Notes under the pieces: model-generated
Seen by the model: the letters and a program-made list of their open reading frames with translations, nothing else
Databases searched by the model: none
Told to the model about the DNA's origin: nothing
Program-made: the position numbers and the translations under genes
IMG/VR virus record: IMGVR_UViG_3300034105_001195
Location: 1-64,000 of that record
Length of the DNA stretch: 64,000 nt
Strand: one strand, 5' to 3'
Origin: a virus
Part shown: positions 19,507-28,964 of the stretch, piece after piece
Layout: each line of letters opens with the position of its first letter
How positions within the stretch are numbered: the first letter of the stretch is position 1

Positions 19507-19974
19507 TTATACCTCTTCTAAAGATAAAGATACATCCCAAAACTCTTGCGGGACTGAGGCTGTAGTAGATTTAACATTTCTTTTAGATACAGTAAAACTA
19601 CATGATGTAAAGGAGGCTAGAATAATTTCATCTCTTGCAGAAACTGCATTATAAGATATCTTAACCTTAAATGTTCCCTTACCTTTATTTAAATAGAATG
19701 CTCTTATATCTTCTGCACCCATTCCACCGTCCACGGTCATGGTGCTATATGTAGGGATATCTCCCCAAGAAGCAGATACTGTTTTTTTATCTGCAATCCA
19801 TATTTTTCTCAATGAGCCATTTGACATTCTTTGAGTCTTTTCAATTCTGTCTACGTCTACCGACGCTGAGCCTCTATTATGCTCAGACAATTTTGTCCAA
19901 GTTGGGGTATTTGCGTCTGTGCCTGTGTCAAAATAAATTAATGATCCTACAGGAAGTGTCATTGGATAGCTCAT
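19507..19974 (-). CDS. Distal tail (Dit-like) protein
   Basis: Immediately follows the TMP; RMSNGSLR and terminal SLSLEEV typical of Dit/lambda gpM-like proteins. Confidence 0.6.
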   Translation of the reverse strand: MSYPMTLPVGSLIYFDTGTDANTPTWTKLSEHNRGSASVDVDRIEKTQRMSNGSLRKIWIADKKTVSASWGDIPTYSTMTVDGGMGAEDIRAFYLNKGKGTFKVKISYNAVSARDEIILASFTSCSFTVSKRNVKSTTASVPQEFWDVSLSLEEV

Positions 19975-22900
19975 GTTTTAATACTCACATTCATTGGGTT
20001 ACCCTTCATTTTAGCATTTAACTTTGTATCTTGTCCAATGGCCTGCTTTGTCATTGATACCACTTGTCTTACAAATGCATCAGTATTCATACCTTCAGAT
20101 GGGTATATGTTCTGTGTAAGATTAATTACGTTTCCGCCGCCTCTAGAATCGCTCATTGGCTCAAACATTTTGGCTGCTTGACCTACATCATATCTTGGAG
20201 ATGCAAATGGTAGCTTAGCCATATTAGGGATAACCATTCCTCCAAACGCCATTTCTGGTCCACGGTCTCCAACAATTGTAGGAACCTTTGGATTAAGCTT
20301 CATGGTTCCATATCCAGCTTTTACTGCTTGAACATTAAGGCCTGCTGGTGAACCATCACCTGTTACTTTCCATTTTTTACCATTCTTATCTAAGAACTCA
20401 ACACCAATCCAGGTAGAGCTTGGCCTTCCATTTTTAGTATTTGTTGTTTGTGTTGCACCTGCTGCGATTAAGGTAGATGGATGAACAATTGTAGCTCCTG
20501 CATAGGCTCCAGCAGTTGCTCCCAGAGTTGTAGGAACAGAACTAATCTTAGCGGTAGCCTTTGACGGACTCATGTCCATTTTCTTGCCATTAATATTAAT
20601 GTCTCCTGTCATTGCGTCGACAGTAATTCCCTTTGAGGCTAAGCCTTTTGTAATAGCGCCTTCTACTCCGCCCATAAAACCTGCAGCCTGGTCTGTCACG
20701 CTTGGATTATTTACCCTAGGAGATCTCTTTAATTGCAACTTAGGCGTGACAATTGTTTCTGGTCTTGCTGTGTTTACGGTTCCAACTACACCTGCTGAAG
20801 CGGCTTGGCCTTCAGGTGTTTTTGCATACTCCTCTAGAGTCATTCCTAAAGCATAGGCATTAATTCTTAATGTAGTCATTGCTTGATTAACATCATTAAT
20901 TTGTTGCGTCTGTGTTGCAATCTTTTTATTTAATGCACCTAAATTTTCTGCTGCAAGAGCTGCATTATCTGACATCTTTTCTTGTCCAGCGTTGATTGCT
21001 TTAATTTTAGCTTCAAGAGGAGCATTGGCCAATTTGTTTGCATCTTCAATTGCTTTCTTCTGTGAATTATATTGTAGGGTAGACTGAAGCCCTTCCATAT
21101 CAAGGCTTGCCTGCTGAGCACCTGCTGTATTTCCAGTTGCAATTGCAGCATCGTATTCCGCCTGCTTTTTAGCAATCTCTCTGCCAAGGTCACCCTCTTG
21201 CTTTGCTGCATCAAGGGCTTTTAGCCTTGCATCTGCTAGCTTGTTGTTTGCATCTATCTGACTTTGTAAACGCTTTAATTCGTTTTTAGTATCAATTTGT
21301 TTTTGAGCGCTTTGGCCTTTAGCCGCTTTCTCTAGAACATCTCTCTGATCTGTTAACTTTTTTAAAGCTTTATAATTTTCTTTTAGTAATCCTTCTTTGT
21401 TTGCTGAAGCAACCGATGCGGCAACTGAATCGGCAACCATAGACAAATTCCTTACTGCTTCGGCGCCTAGTTGTGAAAGATCTCCAGTAAAGCCCTTTGC
21501 CCCAAGACTCATTTTTTCAAATAGGCTAACAACTGTATCCATAGGGTTAATAATTTTTCTAAGTTCTGGATTTTGTTTAATCATTTCTGCTCTAGTTCCT
21601 GCAGTAAGTACGGCCTTAGAAGACTCTAGTTTATTTAACTTTTTAAGCATTGCTTCTTGTGCTTGATACTCAGTTAATACTTTTGTGTTTCCGCTCTTGT
21701 CTGCTTTTGCAGCCTTCTTGCTTTTTTCAATCTCATCTATAATTCCAGCCTGTATAGCCATCAGACCAGTGTTGACTGCCTTTGCGCCTTCACGTCCATT
21801 ATTTGCTGAAGCAGAAACATAATTGTTTATTGCAGATTCTGCTGCATCCTGGCCTGTTCTAATATTTTTAAATGCACGGTTGCCTACAGTAAATGCTCCA
21901 GCCTTTTCTGCCTGATCAGAAAGCTTAAACATTGCAAATATTTTTTTGCTTGCTTCATCCGCTGACATTCCAGCGGCCATCAATGCGGTCTTAATATCGA
22001 TTGCTACCTGCGGAAGCTCTGATTCCTTAGATTGATTAATTAATTTAATTTGATCGGTATAGGTTTCCTTAACTTCTTTCTTAAGCTTTTTATACTCTTC
22101 AATTGTCATAGAAATAGGAAGCCCCGCATCTTGCATGCTTTCAAAAAGCATTTGGTTTCTTTCTCGTATGGCTTCTATATTTTTAACTGTATCAGCAAGC
22201 TTAGAGTTATAATCAGTAAACTTAAGTCCTGCCTTTTGAGCAGCTTCTGCTGTAAGGCCATAGCGTGTTGCTCCAATTCTTAAATGCTCGTTATGGTCTC
22301 TCATTCTCTTAATGCCCAAAGCAATAGTTGTAGAAAGTCCTGCAACTACAAGATTTGCCCTAGTTGCCATTAATGCTACTCTTCCAAGCATTGGTGCAAG
22401 TTTAGAACCGCTAGCTGCTAGCTTGTCCGCTTGTAATGCTGCTTTACCCGCACCTGGAAGTGATTGTGCTAATGTATTTCCAAGTCCGCCCATTCTTGAT
22501 GTGACTGGTCCAGTCTTTCTGTCAGAAACTGCACCTGAATATGTAAATCCTTCTGGCCTTTGCTTCCCGCCGCCGCCCATCATCATAAATGGAATAATTC
22601 CACCTAAAGTAGATAGTGCTGTCCCCCCCATTCCTCCAATTTTGCCACCCAACATTTGTGCAGCAAAAGCTGCAATTAGAGGCCCTATCATTCCGCCTAT
22701 GTTATATCCTTGAGCCATTGTCGATCTATTTGGAATAATACCTCCAGCGTTTCTAGGAACAAAAACTTCTGGGCCTTTTTCTCCCACAACGTATGGCTGT
22801 CCAGCATTAACTGGTCCGCCCATTTCTCTTTTTTCTAAACCAAATATAACTTGCTTTAAAGAGTCTGTAAGTGGTGTATCTTTTTTAGATTCCCAATTTA

Positions 22901-25900
22901 AGAATTTCTTTCTTAGTATGTCTTTATCAATTGGTGATAATTGAGACAGAACAGCTCTATCTCCTATAAGATCCGAAGCAGCAGATCTTATAACTGAATC
23001 TAACACGTCTGGCTCAAGAGCATTCTTTAAAGACCCCTGTGCATCTTTAACATAACCGTAAGGTTTTTCTTTTGCAAGAGCTGCAGCAAACTTATCATAG
23101 AATAACTTTTGAGTATTCTTTCTTAATCCCGTGCTAGCAAATAATGTTTCAGCCATCTTAATAGATAGAGAGTTTACACCCCATGGAGCAGACTCGTACA
23201 TGCTAGGCTTAGGTGCACCTGTTGGTCCAAATCCTGCGCCAATTCTGTGCATTGCTTTACCCTTAAGTACATTTCCAATCATTCCGCCGATATTAAATCC
23301 ATTTTCTGGAGTCTTAAATGCGTTATCCGATAGACTTACGGAGTGACCCTTTTGTCTGCGCTTTAATTCATCTGCTGCAATCATTTTAGCAATAGCCGCT
23401 GGAGTCATTGTTTTTTCTGGAGACATCTTTAATGATGAATGAACTCCGTGCAAATCTCCATATGTTTGTCTTCTTGCGTCAGAGAGTCTTTGAATCATTG
23501 CATTATAAACAACCTTCTCTTCTGAGTTTAAATCGAATCTACTTATTGTTTGTTTTAGCTTAGGCAAAGCCTCATTAATCTCTTGAAGCATACGATCATT
23601 GTATTGATCTGCTGTCATTCCCTTTGGAATACTTGCAGTTGACTCAGCAAAGAATTTCTTTGTGTTGCTTCCCTTTACCCCTAGCAAATTAACCATTGCT
23701 TGGTGCTTGAATGAAGGCATTGTTGCAGAATATTCTCTTGGGCCAGAGGCTGTTGCAAATACTCCAGCTGGTCCCACATCTGCAAGAATATTACCAGATA
23801 GATTTCCCCTACCTAGGTCTTTATCTCCACGCAATGCTGAAGCCACTAGTTGTCTAAAGTATTGATCAGATGTGAACTTGCCGTCTTGATTTGCTATAGC
23901 AGGATTGTACTTAGACTCTAGTGCTAGTATTCTTCTTGCACCCGTTGGGTCTGTTGGATCTTTCATTACAACAACTCTTTGATTAGGTGTTTGTAGGCCA
24001 TGTACGTCACGAGCAATTTCAGTTGCCCTCAATTCAGCAAGTGCTGCTTTTTCATCTAGTACTGGCTTAACAAAAACTTTATCTCCGCCTTTACTATAAA
24101 CTCCACCAATTCCAGCTACTGGGAAACTTCTTCCAGATGTTGGCTCTAGCAATCCATCATAATCGGTTACTGGAGTTTTGCTGAATCTAGAATCTTTGAC
24201 TGCTTGATTTGCCTTTTCCATTGCAGCTTTTGCTGCTCTTTGAGCTTCTACCTGCTTAATAGTTCTAGGCATTCCAAGGAACATCGCTTTGCCGCCTCTG
24301 AATAATTTCTGTGCAAACTGCCCTGGAACCTGACCTCCCATATTAAGTCTTCTTCCTGGCTTCTTAGCTTTTAAAAAGTCCATGAATACTTTTGTTATTC
24401 CAAAGTTATGTTTTAATCTTAACGGAGCCTTGATAATTCTTTCTTCAGTTCCAGGTCCTGTGCCTAACCCTAAAACCTTTCCTATTGTATCAATAGCCTT
24501 TCGCTTTTCTGTTTCAGTTTGTGGCAATCTGTCTTCAAAAGGATTTTCGTGATTTTTTGTTAAGTTTGCAAATGTACTTGTCCATAAATTTTGTTCTTTA
24601 TTTCCCGCCATTGCTTGACCAAAATTACCAGTTGCGCTGTAGCCGTATTGTCCTGCTTTTTGAATGTGCTCTGTGGCATAAGCATGAATATTTGGCTCCC
24701 ATCTTCTTGATTTTTCATTCCAAATTGATTTGCCAAATAGCTCCATCTGTAATCTTTTAACTTCCCCAGCGTTTGCAAATCCCATCTTTGTCAATGTATT
24801 AATTAAAGACGGTGAAGGATGAATAGCATGATGCCTATTGCTAGCCTTTATATTTATTCCAGAAGAAGTTTTAACTGGTGGCTTAAGCAGCCCTCCTCCT
24901 ATTTTTTTATCTAATTCTCTAGTTTGTTTTTCTTTTATTTCTCGCATTCTTTCGTCATCAATTGTGTCTGTTTTAGGGTCGTAAGCATACTGTCTTGCTT
25001 CATCATATAGTCTTTTGGCTGTACGAACTGATTCAACTTCTGACATTCCTAAACCATTAAGTATTGCTGCGTCATGCATTACGTGCCTGACTTGTGTGTC
25101 TTCTAAAAAGTTCTTTGGAATTGATAGTCTTGAAACGTATGCAGATGCTCCTCTTATATTATTTTCTGCTTGCCTTCTTATTCCACCGCCTTCATATCTT
25201 CCCATGCCAGAGGTGTTGCCTGGTCCGCCATTTAATGAATACATTAAAGGCATATTCTTTTGTGCAATACTTGCTGGAATAACTGCTTCTCCAGGAGTTA
25301 ATACAACTGGAACCTGTCCGCCTGTTGCATATCTTGGGGTCCCACCTAGTAGGCTCTTTACGGTTGACATATTTTGTTCTGTAGATTTTTTATTAATTAC
25401 GAATGCGCCTGGTTCTGCTGTTGTGTGGTATGTGTCTGTGTTGCCTGTACCAGGAACAATGCCACCCCGAGCAAACTTAGGCTTTGTTGTTTGAATATTA
25501 TATCCTGCTCCTGAAGTTCTTACGCCCCCAAGTGCTCTTGCAATTCTATCAACTAAGGTCTTTGTCGACCCCTTATGGAACATCTCTTTCATATTTGATT
25601 TACCACTTGCTGGATCAACCACTGGCTGAGATGTAAATGGAACTGTAGTTAGATTTGCTGTTCGCCCCATTGCCGTTGCAGTTGCAGCGGTTGTTTCTGC
25701 AAGCATTGCTTCAACTGTTGCATTTAGTTGTATTACTTTTGCTCTTGCTTGATCCACTGTTATCTTGCTTGCCTGAAGCTGCTTAACAATTGCTTCAGTT
25801 TCTAATGCAGCAAGTTGAGTAATTTCAGAAAATTGTGGTAGCAATGCCTGATATGAATCTGCTAGGCCAGAGGTAATTGTGCCTGTTGCCATAACCTCAG

Positions 25901-28181
25901 CCTTTAATACTTTAATTTCTGCTTCTGATTGCATTGCAATTGCCGCTGTCATTGCATGCCACTTTGCTGCTTCTTGTGCAACAACACCTGTTGATATTCC
26001 ATTTACAGATGTAACACCTGGAATCTTTGGAAGATCTTGATTCATATATGCTTGAGGGTTTTTACCAATTCTAACATTTACTGGAGACGCTCCTGGAACT
26101 GTTCCAAATATAGTTCCTGGCTGTTGTGTCTGAGCTGGAATCATATGAGACATATCTCTTGTGTATGCTTCGCCAACTAGTGGGTTATTCTTATCTACAA
26201 ATCTTTGCCCGCTTGGACTTCCAGCTGCAATTACTCCGCCTGCAAGTGTTGAGATTCCTGGCTGCACTGCAACCTTTGCAGAGTTAGCCTTTATCTCAAG
26301 AGTATCAAATGATGCGGCAAGAGTATTTATTGCATTTGTTAATACAATTGTTGCTTCTGTATCCGAGTAGAATGATGTAGCAAGACCTTTAGCTGCAGCA
26401 TCTGCTGCCATAATTTCTGGAGTAAGTAATTTAAATCCTTGTCCGCCTTTTACTAGCTGTCTTAGGTGAAATATTCCCTTGATGACATATCCAATAAAGT
26501 TGCCCATAACACCAGCCAACATAATAATTGGTCCAGATACTGCGGTTATTCCTCCTAGTACATTTAGGAATGTCTTTACTGGCTGTGGAAGCTTCTGGAA
26601 GAATTTAATAATTCCGTCTACTACTTCTAAAACCTTTGTACTAATTACTAAAAATTGGTTTCCAACTGCTGCAAGATCTGCTTGAACTGAAGCAAGAGCT
26701 CTCTTAAATTTACCAGATGCTGACTCTGTCAACATACCTAATTCTCGGGCTGAAATATTTGCAAGATCCGTTGCGCTTGACTTCATCAAATCCATTACCT
26801 GAAGCGTCTGGGATCCTTCTTTTCCTAAGTTTGCAAATAGAGCGGACATTCTTGCATACTGGAATTTACCGAATAGCTGCTCAATTGCTCTTGATTTGCT
26901 TAGTGGGTCTAAGTTGTCTAGGGCTGATTGAAGATCCATAATTGTCGCAGTTAGGTTGCCTGCGTTAGATGTTACAATCTGATCAATATCTATTCCAAAG
27001 CCATTAAACATTTCTTTAGCAACCTTTGTTGGGTTGATAAGAGAAGCCATTGCTGACTTAATTGCGTTAGCACCTTCTGATGCGTTTACTCCGCCTTCTT
27101 TCATTGCAGTTAAATACAATGCTAAATCTTTTACGTCTCCACCAAGAGACTTTACAACGGGACCTGCTTTAGGAATTGCTTCAACTAAATCTGCTAGGCT
27201 TGTTGAGGTTTGGTTTTCAACTGCGTTAAGGAAGTCAATAGACTGTGTAAGTTCTTCAGTGCTTGACTTAAATGCATTCTGAATAGCAAGAGTTGCCTTC
27301 ATGGCCTCTTGTCTATCTACTTCTCCAAGGATTGCAAGTCTAGAAGTTTCTTTTGTTGCTTCAAGTAGTGCTTGTCCCTGTTGTCCAGTTGCAGCTAGAT
27401 CTGCGGCAAGTCCGATTGTATCTTTATATGCAATACCGTATGCTCCCGCAATTTCTCTTGCTGTTTCTGAAACATCTTTTCTTACCTTTGCAAGCTCTAC
27501 TGCAGATACTGAAGATAGGCCACCGTAAACCTTTTGCAGTCTGACTAACTCTTGATCAGCTTCTCTAAAAGCTTTTTGTGCAGCCATACCAAATGCTGCT
27601 AGTGGTACGGTTAATCCTACTGTTAACTGACGACCTGCCCACTGAGTATTCTTACCCCAGTTAATAAGACTTGTTGCTCCATCATTCATCACCTTGTTCA
27701 TGATGGCAAGTTCTTGTCTTGCTATTGCTGTCTTATTCTTTACTTCATCTAGACCCTTTGCAACCATTACGTTATATTGCATTAAGCCCTGTGCGTTTTT
27801 ACCTACAGGTTGAATAATTGCTTGCTCAAGCATTACCTGCTGTTTTGCAAGGTCTCTAACTAGATTGCTAGTCCTCTTTGTATGCCCGCTCCATGTGTTG
27901 TAGTAGTCATTTAGCTTTAGTCTGCCTCTGTCTAAATTTTTGCCAAACTTTTCTACATCTGAAGTGAGGGATACGAAGTGTTGCGAGAACTGGCCTGTTG
28001 ATGTAAGCGTTGTTGCAAACGCCTTATTCATTACTGCAATTTGATTTGCAAGTTTAGCGTTAGTTCCCGCTGTAACTTCTTGTAACTTTAAGAGTTGGGC
28101 AGTAGTCGCAGCCAGTTGGGTTCTTAAGCCCGTAAAGTCTGCGTTGGCGGTAATATTGGTGGTGATTAAATTATCTGCCAT
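19971..28181 (-). CDS. Tail tape measure protein with inserted cargo domains (includes a kinase-like domain)
   Basis: Follows the chaperone pair; TP901-type TMP core (WAGRQLTVGLTVPL, ENQTSTSLADL, EGGVNASEGANAIKS); hydrophobic segments; PGEAV/GEKGPE motifs; inserted globular domains at aa ~900-1830. Confidence 0.92.
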   Translation of the reverse strand: MADNLITTNITANADFTGLRTQLAATTAQLLKLQEVTAGTNAKLANQIAVMNKAFATTLTSTGQFSQHFVSLTSDVEKFGKNLDRGRLKLNDYYNTWSGHTKRTSNLVRDLAKQQVMLEQAIIQPVGKNAQGLMQYNVMVAKGLDEVKNKTAIARQELAIMNKVMNDGATSLINWGKNTQWAGRQLTVGLTVPLAAFGMAAQKAFREADQELVRLQKVYGGLSSVSAVELAKVRKDVSETAREIAGAYGIAYKDTIGLAADLAATGQQGQALLEATKETSRLAILGEVDRQEAMKATLAIQNAFKSSTEELTQSIDFLNAVENQTSTSLADLVEAIPKAGPVVKSLGGDVKDLALYLTAMKEGGVNASEGANAIKSAMASLINPTKVAKEMFNGFGIDIDQIVTSNAGNLTATIMDLQSALDNLDPLSKSRAIEQLFGKFQYARMSALFANLGKEGSQTLQVMDLMKSSATDLANISARELGMLTESASGKFKRALASVQADLAAVGNQFLVISTKVLEVVDGIIKFFQKLPQPVKTFLNVLGGITAVSGPIIMLAGVMGNFIGYVIKGIFHLRQLVKGGQGFKLLTPEIMAADAAAKGLATSFYSDTEATIVLTNAINTLAASFDTLEIKANSAKVAVQPGISTLAGGVIAAGSPSGQRFVDKNNPLVGEAYTRDMSHMIPAQTQQPGTIFGTVPGASPVNVRIGKNPQAYMNQDLPKIPGVTSVNGISTGVVAQEAAKWHAMTAAIAMQSEAEIKVLKAEVMATGTITSGLADSYQALLPQFSEITQLAALETEAIVKQLQASKITVDQARAKVIQLNATVEAMLAETTAATATAMGRTANLTTVPFTSQPVVDPASGKSNMKEMFHKGSTKTLVDRIARALGGVRTSGAGYNIQTTKPKFARGGIVPGTGNTDTYHTTAEPGAFVINKKSTEQNMSTVKSLLGGTPRYATGGQVPVVLTPGEAVIPASIAQKNMPLMYSLNGGPGNTSGMGRYEGGGIRRQAENNIRGASAYVSRLSIPKNFLEDTQVRHVMHDAAILNGLGMSEVESVRTAKRLYDEARQYAYDPKTDTIDDERMREIKEKQTRELDKKIGGGLLKPPVKTSSGINIKASNRHHAIHPSPSLINTLTKMGFANAGEVKRLQMELFGKSIWNEKSRRWEPNIHAYATEHIQKAGQYGYSATGNFGQAMAGNKEQNLWTSTFANLTKNHENPFEDRLPQTETEKRKAIDTIGKVLGLGTGPGTEERIIKAPLRLKHNFGITKVFMDFLKAKKPGRRLNMGGQVPGQFAQKLFRGGKAMFLGMPRTIKQVEAQRAAKAAMEKANQAVKDSRFSKTPVTDYDGLLEPTSGRSFPVAGIGGVYSKGGDKVFVKPVLDEKAALAELRATEIARDVHGLQTPNQRVVVMKDPTDPTGARRILALESKYNPAIANQDGKFTSDQYFRQLVASALRGDKDLGRGNLSGNILADVGPAGVFATASGPREYSATMPSFKHQAMVNLLGVKGSNTKKFFAESTASIPKGMTADQYNDRMLQEINEALPKLKQTISRFDLNSEEKVVYNAMIQRLSDARRQTYGDLHGVHSSLKMSPEKTMTPAAIAKMIAADELKRRQKGHSVSLSDNAFKTPENGFNIGGMIGNVLKGKAMHRIGAGFGPTGAPKPSMYESAPWGVNSLSIKMAETLFASTGLRKNTQKLFYDKFAAALAKEKPYGYVKDAQGSLKNALEPDVLDSVIRSAASDLIGDRAVLSQLSPIDKDILRKKFLNWESKKDTPLTDSLKQVIFGLEKREMGGPVNAGQPYVVGEKGPEVFVPRNAGGIIPNRSTMAQGYNIGGMIGPLIAAFAAQMLGGKIGGMGGTALSTLGGIIPFMMMGGGGKQRPEGFTYSGAVSDRKTGPVTSRMGGLGNTLAQSLPGAGKAALQADKLAASGSKLAPMLGRVALMATRANLVVAGLSTTIALGIKRMRDHNEHLRIGATRYGLTAEAAQKAGLKFTDYNSKLADTVKNIEAIRERNQMLFESMQDAGLPISMTIEEYKKLKKEVKETYTDQIKLINQSKESELPQVAIDIKTALMAAGMSADEASKKIFAMFKLSDQAEKAGAFTVGNRAFKNIRTGQDAAESAINNYVSASANNGREGAKAVNTGLMAIQAGIIDEIEKSKKAAKADKSGNTKVLTEYQAQEAMLKKLNKLESSKAVLTAGTRAEMIKQNPELRKIINPMDTVVSLFEKMSLGAKGFTGDLSQLGAEAVRNLSMVADSVAASVASANKEGLLKENYKALKKLTDQRDVLEKAAKGQSAQKQIDTKNELKRLQSQIDANNKLADARLKALDAAKQEGDLGREIAKKQAEYDAAIATGNTAGAQQASLDMEGLQSTLQYNSQKKAIEDANKLANAPLEAKIKAINAGQEKMSDNAALAAENLGALNKKIATQTQQINDVNQAMTTLRINAYALGMTLEEYAKTPEGQAASAGVVGTVNTARPETIVTPKLQLKRSPRVNNPSVTDQAAGFMGGVEGAITKGLASKGITVDAMTGDININGKKMDMSPSKATAKISSVPTTLGATAGAYAGATIVHPSTLIAAGATQTTNTKNGRPSSTWIGVEFLDKNGKKWKVTGDGSPAGLNVQAVKAGYGTMKLNPKVPTIVGDRGPEMAFGGMVIPNMAKLPFASPRYDVGQAAKMFEPMSDSRGGGNVINLTQNIYPSEGMNTDAFVRQVVSMTKQAIGQDTKLNAKMKGNPMNVSIKT

Positions 28182-28190
28182 ATGTATATG

Positions 28191-28565
28191 TTACTCTATA
28201 GAGTATCCTAATCCTGCTCCAATGCCGAATCCAGCTTCGCTGGCAAATGCTCCTTGTAGTCCAACAATATCATCTGCTGATGCGTTGATTCCAAGTGCTT
28301 TTCTTCTAACATCTTCGAAAGACGACTCCTCCTTATTTTGGTTACTGCTTTCATTTAACTCAACACCTTGAATCGAAGCTAAGAACTTTCTTTTCTCTGA
28401 TTCCGTTTTTTGCATTGACTTAAAAGTCTGGACCATCTCTGGCATTGAAAGATTATCTTCTAGTTCTTCGTAATTTTTCCAATTACCTAAAAGAAATACT
28501 TCCCCTTCTAAAGCGGCTAGATCTAGTTCTGACCAGCCAGTACTGCTGCCGCTAGTAGGTTTGGG
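28191..28565 (-). CDS. Tail assembly chaperone, -1 frameshift extension (gpGT-like)
   Basis: The -1 frame is open from the slippery C CCA AAC (28559-28565) through WSELDLAALEGEVFLLGNWKNY into the track ORF 28191..28445. Confidence 0.8.
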   Translation of the reverse strand, partial: PKPTSGSSTGWSELDLAALEGEVFLLGNWKNYEELEDNLSMPEMVQTFKSMQKTESEKRKFLASIQGVELNESSNQNKEESSFEDVRRKALGINASADDIVGLQGAFASEAGFGIGAGLGYSIE

Positions 28566-28855
28566 TCGTCCATCTTAATTCCTCCGCAGATCTCAAGAAT
28601 GCGGTTGATTGTTGGAACGTCAAGTGTATCTTCAAATGCGTCTTTATCCTTTACGAGCTCAGGCAATTGCTTTTCTAGGGCTACTGCACATGCTTCGATA
28701 AGAATCGTGAGTGTTTCGTCTTCTGATGTTACTTCTTGTGTCTTCTGAATGACTTTCATAAACTTGCGAAGCTCTTTAATTGTTAAAGGCTTAAGTTTAA
28801 CTGTTGCGCCATTTTGTAGCTGAATTTCTTCAACATCGTATACTGTTGTTGCCAT
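28523..28855 (-). CDS. Tail assembly chaperone (gpG-like)
   Basis: Lies between the major tail gene and the TMP; GAGGAGG RBS; slippery site near the 3' end. Confidence 0.85.
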   Translation of the reverse strand: MATTVYDVEEIQLQNGATVKLKPLTIKELRKFMKVIQKTQEVTSEDETLTILIEACAVALEKQLPELVKDKDAFEDTLDVPTINRILEICGGIKMDDPNLLAAAVLAGQN

Positions 28856-28883
28856 TTAATCCTCCTCGGATCTAGTCTTAATT

Positions 28884-28892
28884 ATTGTATCA
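28884..28892 (-). promoter_or_regulatory. Extended -10 promoter (TGATACAAT) for the chaperone/TMP operon
   Basis: Just downstream of the major-tail terminator; palindrome ATATTG-A-CAATAT adjacent. Confidence 0.55.
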
Positions 28893-28913
28893 TATTGACA
28901 ATATAAGGGCAAT

Positions 28914-28940
28914 AAAAAACCCCCCAATTGCTTGAGGGGA
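28914..28940 (-). terminator. Intrinsic terminator after the major tail gene
   Basis: CCCCTCAA-GCAA-TTGGGGGG followed by a T-run on the minus strand. Confidence 0.8.
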
Positions 28941-28964
28941 ATTTTATTAATTAATTAATATTAA

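Noticed and set aside
28892-28925. Plus-strand TTGACA as an antisense promoter
   Set aside because: No -10 box at a suitable distance; it is part of a short palindrome next to the minus-strand promoter.
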